Positions 38,201-48,300 of a stretch of 64,000 bases of DNA are shown here, piece after piece. The notes under the pieces are model-generated. The model had not been told where the DNA came from, made no database searches, and saw nothing but the letters and a program-made list of their open reading frames with translations. The DNA comes from Haplodiscus bocki (lineage: Eukaryota): positions 131,006,001 to 131,070,000 of the forward strand of contig OZ296650.1 in assembly GCA_965655095.1 (NCBI GenBank), given 5' to 3'. The number at the start of each line of letters is the position of its first letter. Position 1 is the first letter of the stretch. A program made the position numbers and the translations under genes.

Positions 38201-39400
38201 TTGTCAGTATTAAAAGATAATCATTATGAAACGTTAAATTTTATTTTTGTCATGAATAGCTTTTTTTAGTTTTACACTCGGCTAACAGTAGCTAGTTTCG
38301 TCATTCTTCGGAAATCTTCCCATTTTTGCTGCATACGGTAGCAAGTTTCTAGCTACAAGTCAAAACTAATACGATGCAGAAGCTCAAATCCTGCAGAATT
38401 TTGCAAAATTCTTGAGGTTTTTCGGTGACTTAAAGTAAAAGAAATAACAAAATTTTCTGACTTGTATGTTGCACGTTTGACAACTTTCTAGCCACTGGGC
38501 CTGTTCACATTTTTTGTTGAATTTAGCAGACTTCTTTTCGCTGCTTTTAAATCAGTCTTTTACCTTCATTTGCATCAAATACGAGAAAATCGCACATGCT
38601 ACTGTTACAAATCCCCACTCCGACCTTTCCTTTTGAACTGCTGCTCATTGTTGAACGGTGCATAAGGCGACATGTTGACGTTTTCGCTCATTTTTTAATG
38701 AACTTTTTGTTTATCTTATTTTGTGGACTCAAAATTGGTTTCCAAATTAATTTTCCTAGATGTTTGCTCTCCTCAAAGGGCCTCTTTTCAGCAAAATTAA
38801 ATGTCAACGAGAGAGTACACAAATTTGACTCCAGAAGTTTTTACTCAACCTATGCCATCAATACCTTCAGAATTTTGGTAGCGGCTCAAGTCAACCATAG
38901 TCACTAAGGAATTGGTTGTTAGTACAGAAGTTTACCTCAAAAAGATGTTGAATTTTTGAGAGGCACGATACACGTTCAGAATTTTTACGCATTAACATTG
39001 CTCTCGTTAATTTTATTTAGGCGATGGACGAGAGGCCAATTTTTCCAAAACGCCTACCGATAACAACTCATTCTGCACGAGCTCTTCCCCGGCCAGTTGT
39101 GGAAACAAGCGTGGAATGAATGAGAACGAGAAACCTGGGCCGAGCACCCTTGCAGTTGCAGTTGCCTTCCTGTGTGTAGTAGCTTTACTTCTGCCAATTG
39201 CTGATGTCCACAATTCTCAGCTGAACTCCGGGTCAGAATCACGAGGTGGTAGCAGCAGCAGTAGTGAGCCAAACGCAAACTCACAAGCGCTCTTTTCTTT
39301 TTCTTTAATCCCTTCTTTTCTACACGTGACTGTGAATCAGAAGTTGACAGCCGCATTCACTCTGGGACTGTTGACAATGGCGATGCTTCAAAATGCCTGA
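8133..39400 (+). CDS. MOSPD1: Motile sperm domain-containing protein 1-like (MSP domain + 2 TM), 5 coding exons, 280 aa; join(8133..8259,16884..16959,17299..17392,37784..37949,39021..39400)
   Basis: The spliced translation is collinear with vertebrate MOSPD1 as I recall it: LPVFIHPSEF..QKQILTVYNPYDFSIKFK / IAIRH..DKFRVQ / GQKEFTSVVLPS / GPSTLAV..LHVTVNQKLTAAFTLGLLTMAML. All introns are GT..AG. Exon lengths 127+76+94+166+380=843 keep frame (phases 1,2,0,1). Confidence 0.92.
9160..12960 (-). mobile_element. Full-length decayed two-ORF LINE (CR1/L2-group-like), antisense in MOSPD1 intron 1
   Basis: ORF1 fragments 12887->12100. APE: DLLFITETWL, HGGVAI, LVYLP, FPTHEDGKTPDNIL. RT: NYRPISLLPKVSLIFEK, SGIPQGSVLGPLL, LFADE. 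Many frameshifts. Minus-strand AATAAA at 9168-9173. Confidence 0.9.
13680..13960 (+). mobile_element. Possible Sola-like DNA transposase remnant
   Basis: Ordered fragments ISGENYKVQS (DFSENY..IQS-like), SDGCA and HHGK resemble Sola2-type transposase motifs as I recall them; heavily decayed. Confidence 0.3.
14930..15560. repeat. Diverged tandem duplication, unit ~320 bp
   Basis: Shared words: TAAACCAA(A/T)TTGAAG(T/A)CAACAAAC at 14932/15262, ATTGAAAACACCTGTATCA at 15000/15314, and ATATACTTTCAA at ~15199/15514. Confidence 0.75.
15700..16800 (-). mobile_element. Possible Tc1/mariner-type transposase remnant
   Basis: QKVIIWGAF (VMVWGAF-like) in ORF 15747..16154. Catalytic motifs and TIRs could not be recovered. 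Confidence 0.3.
16884..16959 (+). CDS. MOSPD1: MOSPD1 coding exon 2 (IRSTNPKRYSVNEAEGVIECRGIVDI)
   Basis: Acceptor T9-CAG, donor GTGAGT, MSP core motif; phases fit exons 1 and 3. Confidence 0.9.
17299..17392 (+). CDS. MOSPD1: MOSPD1 coding exon 3 (AIRHLEVNEQNINVRDKFRVQLFENESMQNP)
   Basis: Acceptor GTTTTAG; IRH and DKFR motifs. The donor GTTAAT is weak, so the 3' boundary is less certain. Confidence 0.85.
17968..18035 (-). pseudogene. tRNA-derived sequence (SINE head or tRNA pseudogene)
   Basis: Minus strand GGCACAATCAGTAGAGCATGCGACTGCAGTGTGAACGGTTCAGCGTTCGAGCCTAGGG has an A-box-like segment, a CTGCA anticodon-loop-like segment and B box GTTCGAGCC. The stems pair poorly. Confidence 0.55.
18059..22600 (-). 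mobile_element. Full-length decayed two-ORF LINE, antisense in MOSPD1 intron 3
   Basis: ORF1 from ATG 22477. APE: MMQVNIDG, SVIDLCLC, VSHCLI. RT: EQFGFMEGRST, FYDFEKAFDSINH, VINETKT, KVLGVQIDRQLKF. C-terminal C/H finger-like segment ~18340-18390. AATAAA and a (TC)n tail at 18059-18107. Confidence 0.9.
21335..22477 (-). pseudogene. LINE ORF1 (frameshifted): N-terminal PHD finger, central pre-knuckle region, C-terminal zinc knuckles
   Basis: AIGCDLCPKWFHGACV...WFCLAC (PHD); GIFKDVPIDLSIHVIEKDL; CAFCGYDH..C; CINCYGSHTAFDKRC. Confidence 0.8.
24440..28122 (+). pseudogene. Protein-primed family B DNA polymerase (Polinton type), fragmented and interrupted at ~25070-26200
   Basis: GFIF..GSFQIPLP, CLHWCI, DHVTSENRGAAHN (DHCHxTGxYRGAAH), FFQKLSAYD, FIDSCRFVPSSLNKL, LYIAMDVLL..VFE, DVNNLY, GFFIDCDLEY, YMDADSF (DTDS), KLKGIQK. 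Confidence 0.9.
28900..29190 (+). pseudogene. Putative Polinton minor capsid (penton)-like C-terminal fragment
   Basis: DKLHLN*VCVVGSIVNG..SFSFNHTEAPGSKIVKQ resembles the 'hxCDxxxGSxxNG..L.SF....PG.KI' pattern of Polinton penton-like proteins (recognised from memory). Confidence 0.5.
30290..30830 (-). pseudogene. Polinton A32/FtsK-like DNA packaging ATPase, decayed
   Basis: Minus strand TLIAGPSS..GETYL (frameshifted Walker A), LFDHML (Walker B-like), YFTCGRHAG (FxRGRH), QSYFNLPETTIRNNSNI. Confidence 0.85.
31850..33500 (-). mobile_element. Possible hAT-type transposase remnant
   Basis: Ordered decayed motifs TRFMA (TRW-like, ~32915), YWDP (LDPR-like, ~32220) and RATNSSS (PATSxxSER-like, ~31910). 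No TIRs seen. Confidence 0.3.
33750..34010 (+). repeat. Dispersed repeat; related copies at ~36440-36760 and ~39880-40140
   Basis: Shared GCGA(T/C)TTCG..CGAC..AAGGATTTT..TGCGACA and AGC(GG/ATTG)GTGAGAGC(G/A)..CA words in all three places. Confidence 0.7.
34100..35350. repeat. Degenerate tandem array, ~170-bp unit, ~8 copies (two more units at ~36050-36350)
   Basis: A core resembling TAATCC-GGGTAGTATCC-GGC-AAGG recurs at ~34145, 34323, 34481, 34653, 34822, 34990, 35161 and 35302, and again at 36081 and 36248. TTGGTAC-GGG also recurs. Confidence 0.7.
37784..37949 (+). CDS. MOSPD1: MOSPD1 coding exon 4 (PTLIGQKEFTSVVLPS...PSSQP)
   Basis: Acceptor TTGTTTTAG, donor GTAAAT. GQKEFTSVVLPS matches the last MSP strand (GRKEVVATLLPS in human MOSPD1). 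Phases 0/1 fit the neighbouring exons. Confidence 0.85.
39021..39400 (+). CDS. MOSPD1: MOSPD1 terminal exon with two TM helices
   Basis: Acceptor TTTTATTTAG; GPSTLAVAVAFLCVVALLLP and LHVTVNQKLTAAFTLGLLTMAML; TGA at 39398-39400. Confidence 0.92.
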
Positions 39401-39447
39401 TACATCACACTTTTCAATCAACAGGCTTCAAGACTGTTTGTGTAATG

Positions 39448-39453
39448 AATAAA
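39448..39453 (+). promoter_or_regulatory. Candidate polyadenylation signal of MOSPD1
   Basis: AATAAA ~50 nt after the stop codon, followed by T/GT-rich sequence. Confidence 0.55.
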
Positions 39454-39651
39454 TTTTGGCTAGATTTCTTGCTGTACTTTTGAAATGCCAACAACATCTC
39501 TTCAATTAAAGCAAAATTATCTCGAATTCAAATAGAAAAAAAATGCAATTGACACGTTTCATCTTTGTCTCGGAAAGCTTGACGTTTTAGTTTTGGTCTT
39601 ATATTCTTCTAGTCTTGAATTATGATTTTTGCCCATTATTCTGATCATTCC

Positions 39652-40642
39652 AACAACACGGCCGGCAAGCACCGGCATATTTTCCACCCTCTAACTTTGC
39701 TAAAGATGCCTTTTAGAAGGATGGAAGCGTTTTTCCCAAAAAAATACTATCATCAAAATTTTCATATTTTTTCAAATCCAAATTTTTCTGTTTCGGGCAA
39801 ACAACCCTCAATGCAGGTGGAAAAGGCATTTTTGGGACTTGGAAAAATGTTTTACGAATTACTTATAGTGTTATTTGGTTTTCGTTTTTTTGACGCTGTT
39901 TCGTACATTTTGCGACCTCGTCCGAAATAAGGAATTTCATGCGACACTTAGATAAATTTCTCGATTCCTCAGTCAATATGCTTGGATTTTTGTGCGACAT
40001 TTTGAAAAAAAATTCACAATTTTTTGTTTCAAAACGCAGCAGAGCTTCGTGGGAGTACAGGATGGACCATACGGATCATCATAGTAGCGGTGAGAGCAAG
40101 CAAATATTAAAATTTTTTCAAGTCCTATCCGCCTTGGGTGGTCATCTTTATGAAATAGTATCATCCTGATACGCATTCTACGCCAAATTTTCCACCTTCT
40201 CTGATTTTGAAAAAAAAAACAAGTTTTTTTTCAAAAAAACCCCATTCTCTACAAAAAACTGCGTACGTTTTTGAAAAATCTTTATTCGATTCTACGCTGT
40301 TATACCGCTTATCCGGTTGTGTAACCGTTACATATCGGACCGAAGAAAATGCATTTATAGATTCTTGTTGACAAACATTGATGAGCTGTGATTTGTGTTA
40401 AACGTTTGAACCGAACTTGAGCATTGTTAGAATAGCTCTGGGTAAAAGTAGACGAAATGGAATTTTGTAGCAAATTGTTTTTTTTTCTATTAGAATTGAC
40501 TATACGGCAAATTTGCTTTAAATTGGTGAGAAAAAAAGTCAAATTCAGAACCGTCGGGCGTTTTCGATTAGCAAGGAAATGGGAAAAACGCACGCATTGA
40601 GTGGATGATTTTCCTTCCATATTTAATAATGGGCGAAAATAA
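39652..40642 (-). mobile_element. HINE/DINE-1-like non-autonomous element copy A, interrupted by the 39880-40140 repeat
   Basis: Subterminal inverted repeats TATTTTCCACCC (~39678) and GGGCGAAAATA (~40631), a GCCGG-caagca-CCGGC hairpin and an AACAA end. Homologous to copies B and C. Confidence 0.55.
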
Positions 40643-41114
40643 TAATTTCTCGTGTTCTTGATTTTGTTTTGATATGAATAGCTGTACTTTAGTGAAAAAT
40701 AATTGAATTATTTTGGTCGAACTGTGGTATTAGTTTAAATTAAAATAAAATACAATTACTGTAAATGGATCTTTTAACAATTACTGTAATTCAATGGTGG
40801 GGGTCACCGTGTAGCAGTGATAAATATTTTAACCACCTTTTAATAACTGAATATCCTTAATTCGTTTTGATAGAAAGCAATATAAGAATGTTCAAAATAC
40901 CAAAGTGTTCAAAGAACATTATTAGAGAATGGCTAAACTTGCGAAAAGAGGCCGAAACTGGAGACATGTGAGACCTGAAAAATGTTTTTGCTACATCTGA
41001 AAGTGCCAATATCGCTACCGGATCATCCTTCTTTGTAGCGCAAAGTAAAAGTAACAATTTTCTATAGATATATTTCGTGACTCTTGCTAATTTCGGTTTT
41101 AGGGCCGTGAAAAG

Positions 41115-41600
41115 TTTTCGAACTTTGAAATATGGAAGGAAAATTGTCCACTCAAAACGGTGAAATCCGACGGTTTTTACCGGATGTTTGTCAATTGACA
41201 ATGTGCGGTGTTCGAGTTCATCGGACACATTGAGATCGTTGTCTTTTTTCACCAAATTGTAGCAAATTTGCCGCAGAATGCGACTGAAATTGTAAGATTT
41301 CTCAACGTTCAGAAATTGGGTTTTTTTCGAAAAAATTAGATGTTTTGAAAAAAAGTTTTTCGAAATCGCTAAAGGTGGCAAAATTTCTGTGAAGTTCGTA
41401 TAAACTGAGTTTATCGCTTAGAAATGTCTTTTCCACCTTAATTGTGAGGTTTTTTGGGCGAAAACTCGGAAAATTTTTAAATTTGGAGAAATTAGAAAAT
41501 ATGATGGAGTTTTTCTGTAAAAAACGCTTTCGAAAGGCATCTTTAACAAAATTGGAGGGCGGAAAATATAGCGGTGGTAAGCCGGCTGTCTTGTTATTAA
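41115..41600 (+). mobile_element. HINE/DINE-1-like element copy B
   Basis: Ends GAGGGCGGAAAATA..GCCGGCTGTCTTGTT (subTIR + hairpin + CTTGTT). Reverse-complement homology to copies A and C. Confidence 0.6.
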
Positions 41601-41686
41601 TAAAGTCTATGGCAAATGGCAGTATTTGCTGGCAATGGTTGCACAATAACTAAATCCCAGATTAACTATGAAACGTGTTCACAACA

Positions 41687-42135
41687 TTATCAACAAGACG
41701 GCCGGCCACCACTAGCCTATTTTCCGCCCTCTAACTTGGCTGAAAATTGCTTTTAGGATGAAAGTATTTTCTCGAAAAAATACTATCTTTAGCAAATTTT
41801 GCTACTTTTCCAAATTTAATTTCTCTGATTTTAGCAAAAAAACTCAATTCAGATGGAAAATAATATTTGATACCCATTTTACAATAAATTTGCCGCCTTG
41901 ATCGATTTGGAAAACTTTATTTGAAAAAACCTAATTTACGTTTTGAGAAATCTTACCATTTCAGTCGCATTTTACGGCGAAGCGGCTATGTTTTGGAGAT
42001 GAAACTTGTTCACGGTCAAAATCGTCGAGCAGCCATTTTTTCATATCGGACATTATCAATTGGCAAGCAAGCGCAAAAAAACGTTCGCTGTGATTGGATG
42101 ATTCTCGTCCCATGTTACAAATACGGCGGCAATTT
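41687..42135 (-). mobile_element. HINE/DINE-1-like element copy C
   Basis: Begins AACAAGACGGCCGGC..TATTTTCCGCCCTCTAACTT on the + strand; an inverted copy of B. Confidence 0.6.
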
Positions 42136-43729
42136 GTCGGCGGATATTTTGATTTTTGACACTAATGCGACGTAACCTAGTCTTGAGTTCCACATGTATG
42201 ACTGAAGTTCAATAGTTGTGAGACCACCGAAAGTTTCCGGCTTGCTTCTCTTGTTTTGGTTGCAGTGATGCCAATAACAGCATTTATTGTATTAGGAGCT
42301 CTCCCGGGCCGAACTATTATCCAAATATTTCCCACGATAAAGGCGCATATGAGGAGGAAAGAAGCGGAAAGTTACCTGTAAGTCGTAGCAAAATAGCGGA
42401 GGTTTCCGGCATTTCGTGGCAAAGTAGCGGCGGTTACCGCAGTTTTGTGGCCAATTTTCGCCGTTGGTAGATTCTTCTTGTTCTTTTTTTTTGTTCAAAA
42501 AGTTTCCGCGATGTGTATTACGTTTGTCCGTCGCACCCAGAAACTATGCCTCTTTCCAGAGGTTGAAAATTGGAAGCGAGGTTGAATCTATAAAAATTCC
42601 GAGAAAATCTGTAAAAAAAGCTTCAGTTCAGTTCAAAACGATAGCAGGTATACAACCGACGCCTTTTAGTAAAAAACCGCCTCTTCAATTTTTCCAAGAA
42701 TGTGCTACCATAAGGTCGCATTGACGAATTTTATTATGATAGCGGCGGTTTATACGGAAAATGGTTGATCTTCGGAAAATACCTGATTTTCGCGGAAAGA
42801 ATTCAACGCGGACTGCAATTTTCAAAAAAAAGTTGGCAATAACGTTCGTACAAGGTTTTGCTTCGTTTAACTATTTCTTTTTTTAACGTATTGAACATCT
42901 GTTAGAGATGGCAACATGGTTTCCATTAAAGGTTATCAATTCAAAATCACTACTGTCAAATTGCCATCCCTAGATCCAAGTCCTTCTTTGGTTTCTTCGC
43001 TGCATATATATTCATCTTCCGAACAGAATTTCAGAATGATCGAACAAGATGCCAGTATTTGCTGGTCACGATTCACAACTTTAGGCAAAAAACCTTACTT
43101 TGTTAGCTAAATCAGAGAAAGATTTTCTTCCTGTTGTGAACCCTAAAGCGAGTGTCCCGTCCCTCCTCTAATTGCCTGGGTCCTGTGTAAATTTAGAAAC
43201 GGTTCTTCTTGGGAGACTTTTAGGACTATCTGATGGGCTTCATTCGTTGCTGCTGATTCTTGTGGTGGGCTGCATTTTAACAAAAAAAATCATGAAACTT
43301 TGCAATGTAGTTTTAAACATTAATACGTATATAGTCCACTGAGGTCTCAAATCGGCGTGAGACTTCAACAAACTTCAGAGCTGATTCCCGCGTCTACCAG
43401 CCGTTCTTTTCCAACCATTTCCCTAACCGTTTACGTACTACACTGCGTCATATTGAATATGAAGGGGACATCTTAAAAAAAAGTCATACCCCAGTCGACA
43501 AGACATTGGTAACATTGATGATTCATTGATGTTGTCATCAATAACATCAATGCTGCATCAATTCTACATCGAACATCGCAAACAATAGCTACACTCATGT
43601 GTCCTGAGGCTGAATTCAAAGCATTAGAATAACGAACTCTTCCTATCAATTCATCATTTCCAATCACATTGAGCGAAATTTATTTGTCAATTTCATTCGA
43701 AAGGCAAAAGAGCATTAATTCCAACTTTG

Positions 43730-44320
43730 AGTGAGAAACATCTGCTTGCTATTCTCAAAACTAAATTTCAGTAGAGAAACATTCATGAGCGAAATCATTT
43801 CGTATTTCATATTTCTGGACTTTGAGCGAAGAAAATCTGGCTGATGTTCTAAACTGAATTCTACGAATCTAAAGCATCATTTTAGGCAAAACATTTTCCA
43901 AAAAAAAACAGTCGAAACTTGGACTTCCAACAAAACAATTTATGCTGGTGTTCTCAAAATTGACATCTCAATCAACATGTCTAAAGGATCATTTTTGGGT
44001 GAACTTTCTCGAAAAAGTTAATGAATATAAAAATTTTTTAGCTTTGGAACGAAAAGTTTTTGGTGCTCTGAAAACTGACTTCAACGTGTCTAGAGGAGTT
44101 TTGTGGTCAATATCTTTTCCTTAACGCATGCAAGTCTATTTTTGAATTCGTTAGAAAAATTCAGTGTCTCAAACTGACTTCCATGTGTTCAACAAACATT
44201 TTGGGCGAAAACTGGAAAAATGAAAACTCATTATTTGTTTTCGGAATATGAGCAAAATTTTTCGGCTGATGTTCTCAAATTGGAATTCTACGTTTGCGAA
44301 ACAATTTGTGCAAAAATTTG
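43730..44320. repeat. Degenerate tandem array, ~100-115-bp unit, ~6 copies
   Basis: A core resembling GCTG(A/G)TGTTCTCAAAACTGAATTCTACG recurs at ~43742, 43838, 43943, 44060, 44162 and 44262. Confidence 0.7.
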
Positions 44321-45101
44321 TTCGAAATTTGTTTGCTGTCTCCAAAGGCTTTGTGTTCGTCTGGTTAGTTTTGCAATGCCAGGAGTAAAAGTGCTTTGTT
44401 CTCTGCGGTCTGCAGTCTTCCAATAACTTTTGGATAAAATCCATATTTTTAGAAGTTCATTTTTCATGGTTTTTTGTGATGACGGGGCTTCGAGTAGAAA
44501 ACTGCACGTGGTAGTCCCGCGAGTGTCAGTAACAAATATCATTACCAGCTGAGGCTATACAAAGAATGTAAAGATTTGGTTTCTGAGTTCTAGTCTTTGT
44601 TTTGCAAAAACTCCGAGAGTTTCGATGCCTAAAATTAGTTGGTTTGCTTCACTTATTCTCATCTTGGTTCTTCCCGCTATAACTCGTTGTTTTAGCTGCT
44701 GCTGTTAAGTAAGTTTTGGAACCAAACGTCAGTGATATATGAATCACTATTGAAACATCGATTTTTTGGAATTTTGTGCTTTGTAATCCTTAGTGATCTA
44801 CAATGTTTCCATGGAAATCATCGCTAGTTCCTCCAAAAATTATCAACGAAACACAGGGAACATCAATGAAACCTCAATTTTTCAAAGACTAGCTCGGTAA
44901 AAGCAATGAAGATAATTTTTCTTTTCACAGAAAGCATTAAAATTACATCAATGTTGCTTCACTGTTTCTTCAAAGAATCTTTAACGAATCATCAGGGAAA
45001 GATCAAATTTCAAGAGATTAGCAGATTGAAACCAATACTGATCATTAATGGTTGCATCCAAATCATCTAAATTGCATCGATGTCGCATCGTTGTCTCTAT
45101 T

Positions 45102-45156
45102 TTGAAGAGGCCTGTTTTTAATACAGCATTGAAGAGGCCTGTTTTTCAATACAGCA
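45102..45156. repeat. Near-perfect 27/28-bp tandem duplication
   Basis: TTGAAGAGGCCTGTTTTT(C)AATACAGCA twice. Confidence 0.9.
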
Positions 45157-45193
45157 TTGATGGAACATCAATGTTACCGTTGTGTTCTAAACT

Positions 45194-48100
45194 GCGGTAG
45201 ACTCGTCTACCATACACGTGCCAACTGGAGTGAAACGCACTCCAATTTCAGACTGCGAGTTGCCGAGACCACTATGCTGGGTTGAAAGTTGCGGCCATAT
45301 TGTGAATGGGCTTTGTTCGGGTGGTTTGGCAAAACGCCCGATTTCCTGACACAAACAAAAATGGTCACAAGATGTCAAAGTGTTCAAAATCCTGTTCCAA
45401 TTTCTGTATAAGACTCCTTTGATTGATTCCAGATCGTACGCTCTAACCCAAGCATTCTTCTAACAGTGACAAGTCTTCTGATTATCTGTCATTTGCTTCT
45501 TCTGAAAAGGTTATGAGTACGGTCATCTTCCGTTTGCTGGAAAGCTTTACAGAAAAATTTGGCTCCATGGGGCTGGAGTTGCTGTCAACGGGACAACATT
45601 ACAGATAACTCCAACAACTCCTTTCCTGATTGTACATAGAATGTGTTGACAAGGTACCAAATACGGAGCCTTCTTTCGATTTTTGCAACATTTCACGATG
45701 CCCCAACTGTATGCAAGATTTGTCCATTGCGGGATAACCAGTTTGAATAAGGGTCCTTGCCGGCTCTTCGTTACACATCATATGAAGCTATATGGAAACT
45801 TTATCAGAAAAATAAATGATAAATGTCAAATATAGCACCGTAGGAGAGACGTATTTCTTTTCAGTTTGATTGGTTAAGTATCAGTTGAATCGTTTGCTTG
45901 ATCTGTCGTCGACTTCCATCTGGAGCTTTTGTTTGAGTGCAGGTGCTTTTTCCAAACTTTAGGTTTCAGTTCTGGTCTCAGATGTTTTGAAAATGGGCAC
46001 ACATACAGAGGAAGGTTCGGAGAACCGTTTTTACAAAGCAGGTGTGAACTGGGCCGTAACATTTCGTGCTGAAATTCACCTAGCTGACTGTCGCCCGTCA
46101 AAACTGAATAAACGTTCCCGTTTTTTTATTGGGAGAATTTTGTAAGGATATTATCCGAACTAACTGACCAACATAAAAGTTCATTCTGAAGACAACTTTT
46201 GATTCGGAATTTATATCTTTTCCCCAAATCTTCTTTTGCAACCTCTTCGGAGTATGACTTCATTTTGTCATGTAGTTTCCGATCTTTATGAAGTTCCTGG
46301 GTAAGAGCTGAAATATTTTTTTTCCAAACAGTGTCTGCGCTGGGTTTTTTCGAGACCGCTTTAAGAAATTTGTGACAGAAATGGTTTCAGGCCATTGCAG
46401 CTGTTTCTCTACTGGCGAGAGCGAGCTGACCATCTTAGGAAGGTTCTTCCTCGAGTTGAACCGGCTGTTACTATTCGCCTTCAAAATGTTGCCCCAAAAC
46501 AAATGCTTCTCGAACAAACGTTCCTCTCATAAAAAAAGCCAAACCTTGCCTTTGCGGTATAATTACAGACTGAACTAAATTTCTCAGGGTAACTGATTTG
46601 AACAATTTCAGAGTCATAATTTATCCTGAAGGTTCCCCAACTTTTCAATTTTTTTTGTTGTCCACTTGATTTGTTCTTTAAAATCTTTTTTGGTAAAGTA
46701 TCAATCCAAGTACTTTGACTCTCTTGTTTTTCTGTATTTTTCTCCTGCAGAAAAAGGTCATCATGATGTTCACAGTCAGTTTGGTTAGATTTGAGGAAAA
46801 GAAATGTTTCGCTCTTGTTTACAGTTGCTTTTTTCCTCCACTTTTAAAACCAGAATAACAGTTCATTGATATCATGTTGTAATGCTCGCAGAGGGTGTCA
46901 GAGTGCGTTTCAGAAGTAACTAGACAGGAAAAATCCTCAGCATAAATGAATTTTTTGCTCACAGGTTTCAATTACTTGTCGTTTATGAAAACGCTGACCA
47001 GTATTGATGTAGAGCTGATGATTGCGCAAACAAACCTGTGTGTTGAAATCAGAGCTCGTGAAATCCGCTAAACGGATTCTGAATTTTAGGTTTACATAAA
47101 AGGTTTTCGAATACTTTGCACAAGGATCCGTTGACATTGTGTTGGTTCAACTTAAAATGTATTCCATTTGTGCAGACACTCTCGATTGTTTTTTCCACTT
47201 CTACCATGAGACCTATTGGATTTCTTCCTGCTTTTCAAGCGTTTGTTATATCAACAGTTAACTCGGTATTGTATCAGGAGGTTGACTTGTGGTTGCAAAA
47301 GCCTTCCTGTCTCCGATGCTTGAGATCTTTTTCGTTTATGTTTTTCAAAAGTTCCTTTTTTTGACCCCATCAATCAATTTTCTCACGCATGACGATTTTT
47401 GATCGGACAGTAACTGCTTGTGTATTGTTAAAAAACTTTGTTTTTCTTAGTTTAAAAAAAGTTTCATTATATTCGATTGGTCAAGTTTTTTCTTCCATAT
47501 CCTTGCTACAACGGAACAAAACGTCGGTCTTCATTTTCGGCGCCTTGTGTTTCAAACACTCTGGGTGGATTCCGTCCGGGTCCTCCGACCTATTGCTGAT
47601 AGAAACTTCGAGCGATGCTTTTTCCAATTCGAAATGGTTACTTTCTTCATCTCCAGTCTAATCCCGTAATGAGATACGCTGCAATTCAATCTGAAATAAA
47701 AACTGAACATTGGAGGTGCCGGTCTGAGAAAAACCCTGAAACAGAAGCCGGGCACGCTTTTCAATAACGGAAATTATCTTTCGATTCTCTTCCAAAGCTC
47801 CTATTGGCGGTTACGATGTAGCTACCATGAAACTTTTGTATTTTTCCCAGGACAGCATTCTTTGCAAAAGATTGATCGACTTCGCTTCCTCTTCCATGCA
47901 CTTCGTTTTGATTCCTGCAAATTCTTTGTTGAACATCCTTTTTTGCCTTTTCAAAACGATTTCTGTTCGCAATAACGGACCTTTTTCTGAACTTTTTCGG
48001 TTTTTTCGAAGCTCCTTCGAGAATTCAGACAGTAAAGGTGACCAGCAAGGCCTTGAGTTTTTGGTAATCGTTTTGTCGCGTGGCGAATTCGGTCGACTTT

Positions 48101-48300
48101 TGATGAGTACATTTGATTTTATTACACATTTCACGGCTCTTGGCTTTGGAAGTACTCAAACTGTCATTTATATCCTCTTCAATTAGTCTAGTCCACAATG
48201 TCAATCGGTTCTCGTCCCATTCCGGGGTGTCATTTTGTGTTTTTTCATTGAGTTTGAAAAGATCACAGGTCCTGGATAATGTCCTCGAAATGGAGCCCCC
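45194..48300 (-). mobile_element. Heavily decayed Gypsy-type LTR retrotransposon remnant (gag-PR-RT-RH-IN)
   Basis: Minus-strand fragments in Gypsy order: SNWKKHRSKF (gag, ~47620), LYINTG (protease IDTG-like, ~47005), NLTKL (DLxxLN-like, ~46785), SYGA (RNase H DASxYG-like, ~45845), GIVKC (integrase HHCC region, ~45695). Confidence 0.55.

Noticed and set aside
39116-39400. Stand-alone 94-aa membrane microprotein
   Set aside because: It is the last MOSPD1 exon; the frame is open back to the acceptor at 39020.
34100-44320. CRISPR-like arrays
   Set aside because: Repeat cores are degenerate, spacers are related, there are no cas genes, and the context is a eukaryotic intron/intergenic region.
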